A stretch of DNA of 64,000 nt from contig OY762007.1 in the NCBI GenBank assembly GCA_963665115.1, forward strand, positions 5,728,001 through 5,792,000. Direction: 5' to 3'. Below the pieces are notes generated by a model. It did no database searches. It was not told the DNA's origin and was given only the letters and a program-made list of their open reading frames with translations. This stretch comes from an uncultured Rivularia sp. (GTDB taxonomy: Bacteria; Cyanobacteriota; Cyanobacteriia; Cyanobacteriales; Nostocaceae). The translations under genes and the position numbers were made by a program. This document shows positions 63,061 through 64,000 of the stretch, one piece after another. Numbering within the stretch: the first letter of the stretch is position 1; the number at the start of each line of letters is the position of its first letter.

Positions 63061-63732
63061 TTAGCAGGACGATTGGGTATTATCTGAAATATTTTGGGGT
63101 TTTAGCCGATCGCATAAATCACTAAATGAAGTATCTTCATTTGATATTTCTGTTGTGATTTCAAATAATGGTGTTTTGCGACCGCCAACCCCCCCCGTAA
63201 ACGTATTTTGTCTAATTGGTGCTTTTTTTAGATTTCCACCGTTACTAGCAAATCCATCTGCTCTATAAACGCGCACACCCAATTGATAGCCTTTCTCAGC
63301 ATCAGAGGAAGCTTTGTTATAACGAAATGCTTGGATTACAAAATCTTTACTGCTGGTTTTAGTACAGCCACCCCCATCACCATCCACGCAGTATAGATTA
63401 GTTACAGGTCGCGTACAGTAATCATTGGATTTTGTGCAGGTTAAACTGCCTACAGAAGGAGGATTGTAGCTTCCGATATTTTGATTAGTGCCAGTAATTG
63501 GGGAAGGTGGAGGGTCAATTTTTTTTGACTTAATACCATCTATGTATGCTGTAGCTGCATCTGTAGCTAATTCAACACGTCTTGACTGCACCCGCGTTGC
63601 TACGGATAGGACAATTACAGGTGAGATTGCAGTCATTAAAATAGCCACGACAATGACAGCTACTAATGACTCGATGATGGTAAAACCCGATTGATTGGAT
63701 GGGGATGCTTGCAGTTTTTTGTAGTTAATCAT
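63061..63732 (-). CDS. hpsB: Hormogonium polysaccharide pseudopilin
   Basis: GFTIIESLVA, VATRVQSRRVELA, GYQLGVRVYRAD. Confidence 0.85.
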   Translation of the reverse strand: MINYKKLQASPSNQSGFTIIESLVAVIVVAILMTAISPVIVLSVATRVQSRRVELATDAATAYIDGIKSKKIDPPPSPITGTNQNIGSYNPPSVGSLTCTKSNDYCTRPVTNLYCVDGDGGGCTKTSSKDFVIQAFRYNKASSDAEKGYQLGVRVYRADGFASNGGNLKKAPIRQNTFTGGVGGRKTPLFEITTEISNEDTSFSDLCDRLKPQNISDNTQSSC

Positions 63733-63785
63733 ATCTAAGCAACTAAATAACGTTGGCTTTTTGGTTCAAATCTAATTCAAAATAA

Positions 63786-64000
63786 TTAAGGGCAGTTAGG
63801 ACGTTGGTTACTGGGAACTGCGTATTTGTAACCCGTACCATGTTTGCTAGAATTTTCGTAACCTTGAGTATTATTTTGAGCTGCACATAGCAAAGTTTCT
63901 ACCCAATTGTCATCTCGCCCAACTTCTCTGTAGAATTCATTCGGGTCATTTGTAGCGGGTGTTGTAAAACGTTGAGAGAATAAGTCAGGTAATTGGGTAA
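63786..64000 (-). CDS. hpsA: HpsA C-terminal end (gene continues beyond the window)
   Basis: Hand translation QLPDLFSQRF..PNEFYREVGRDDNWVETLLCA..RPNCP*; directly upstream of hpsB. Confidence 0.8.
   Translation of the reverse strand, partial: TQLPDLFSQRFTTPATNDPNEFYREVGRDDNWVETLLCAAQNNTQGYENSSKHGTGYKYAVPSNQRPNCP

Overview
AT-rich chromosomal window from a filamentous, heterocyst-forming cyanobacterium (Nostocales; Rivularia/Calothrix-like is an inference). Support: abundant HIP1 octamers (GCGATCGC), heptameric STRR tandem repeats in most intergenic spaces, a devBCA operon behind a canonical NtcA promoter, a solitary NsiR1-like sRNA with a DIF1 (TCCGGA) promoter, and the hormogonium hps pseudopilin/glycosyltransferase locus at the right end. 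Housekeeping genes include ilvD, pcyA, lgt, cobM, rlmN, era, maf, psbP, ftsY and nusB. Accessory content: a 3 kb co-oriented toxin/nuclease cluster (nonsense-inactivated HEPN-motif gene, GIY-YIG nuclease, EF-Tu-domain-III-like protein, PemK/MazF pair, Uma2); a 392 bp internally deleted IS200/IS605 OMEGA (IscB/IsrB-type) element sitting directly against a start codon; a decayed TnpB fragment; an amino-sugar operon; a LysR/SnoaL/oxidoreductase cassette; and a Tat-signal DmpA-like peptidase bracketed by duplicated AAA-nuclease 3' ends. Five otherwise intact genes each carry one extra base in a G/C run, most likely systematic sequencing error. No rRNA, tRNA or CRISPR array was recognised. All family assignments are from motif recognition, not database searches.
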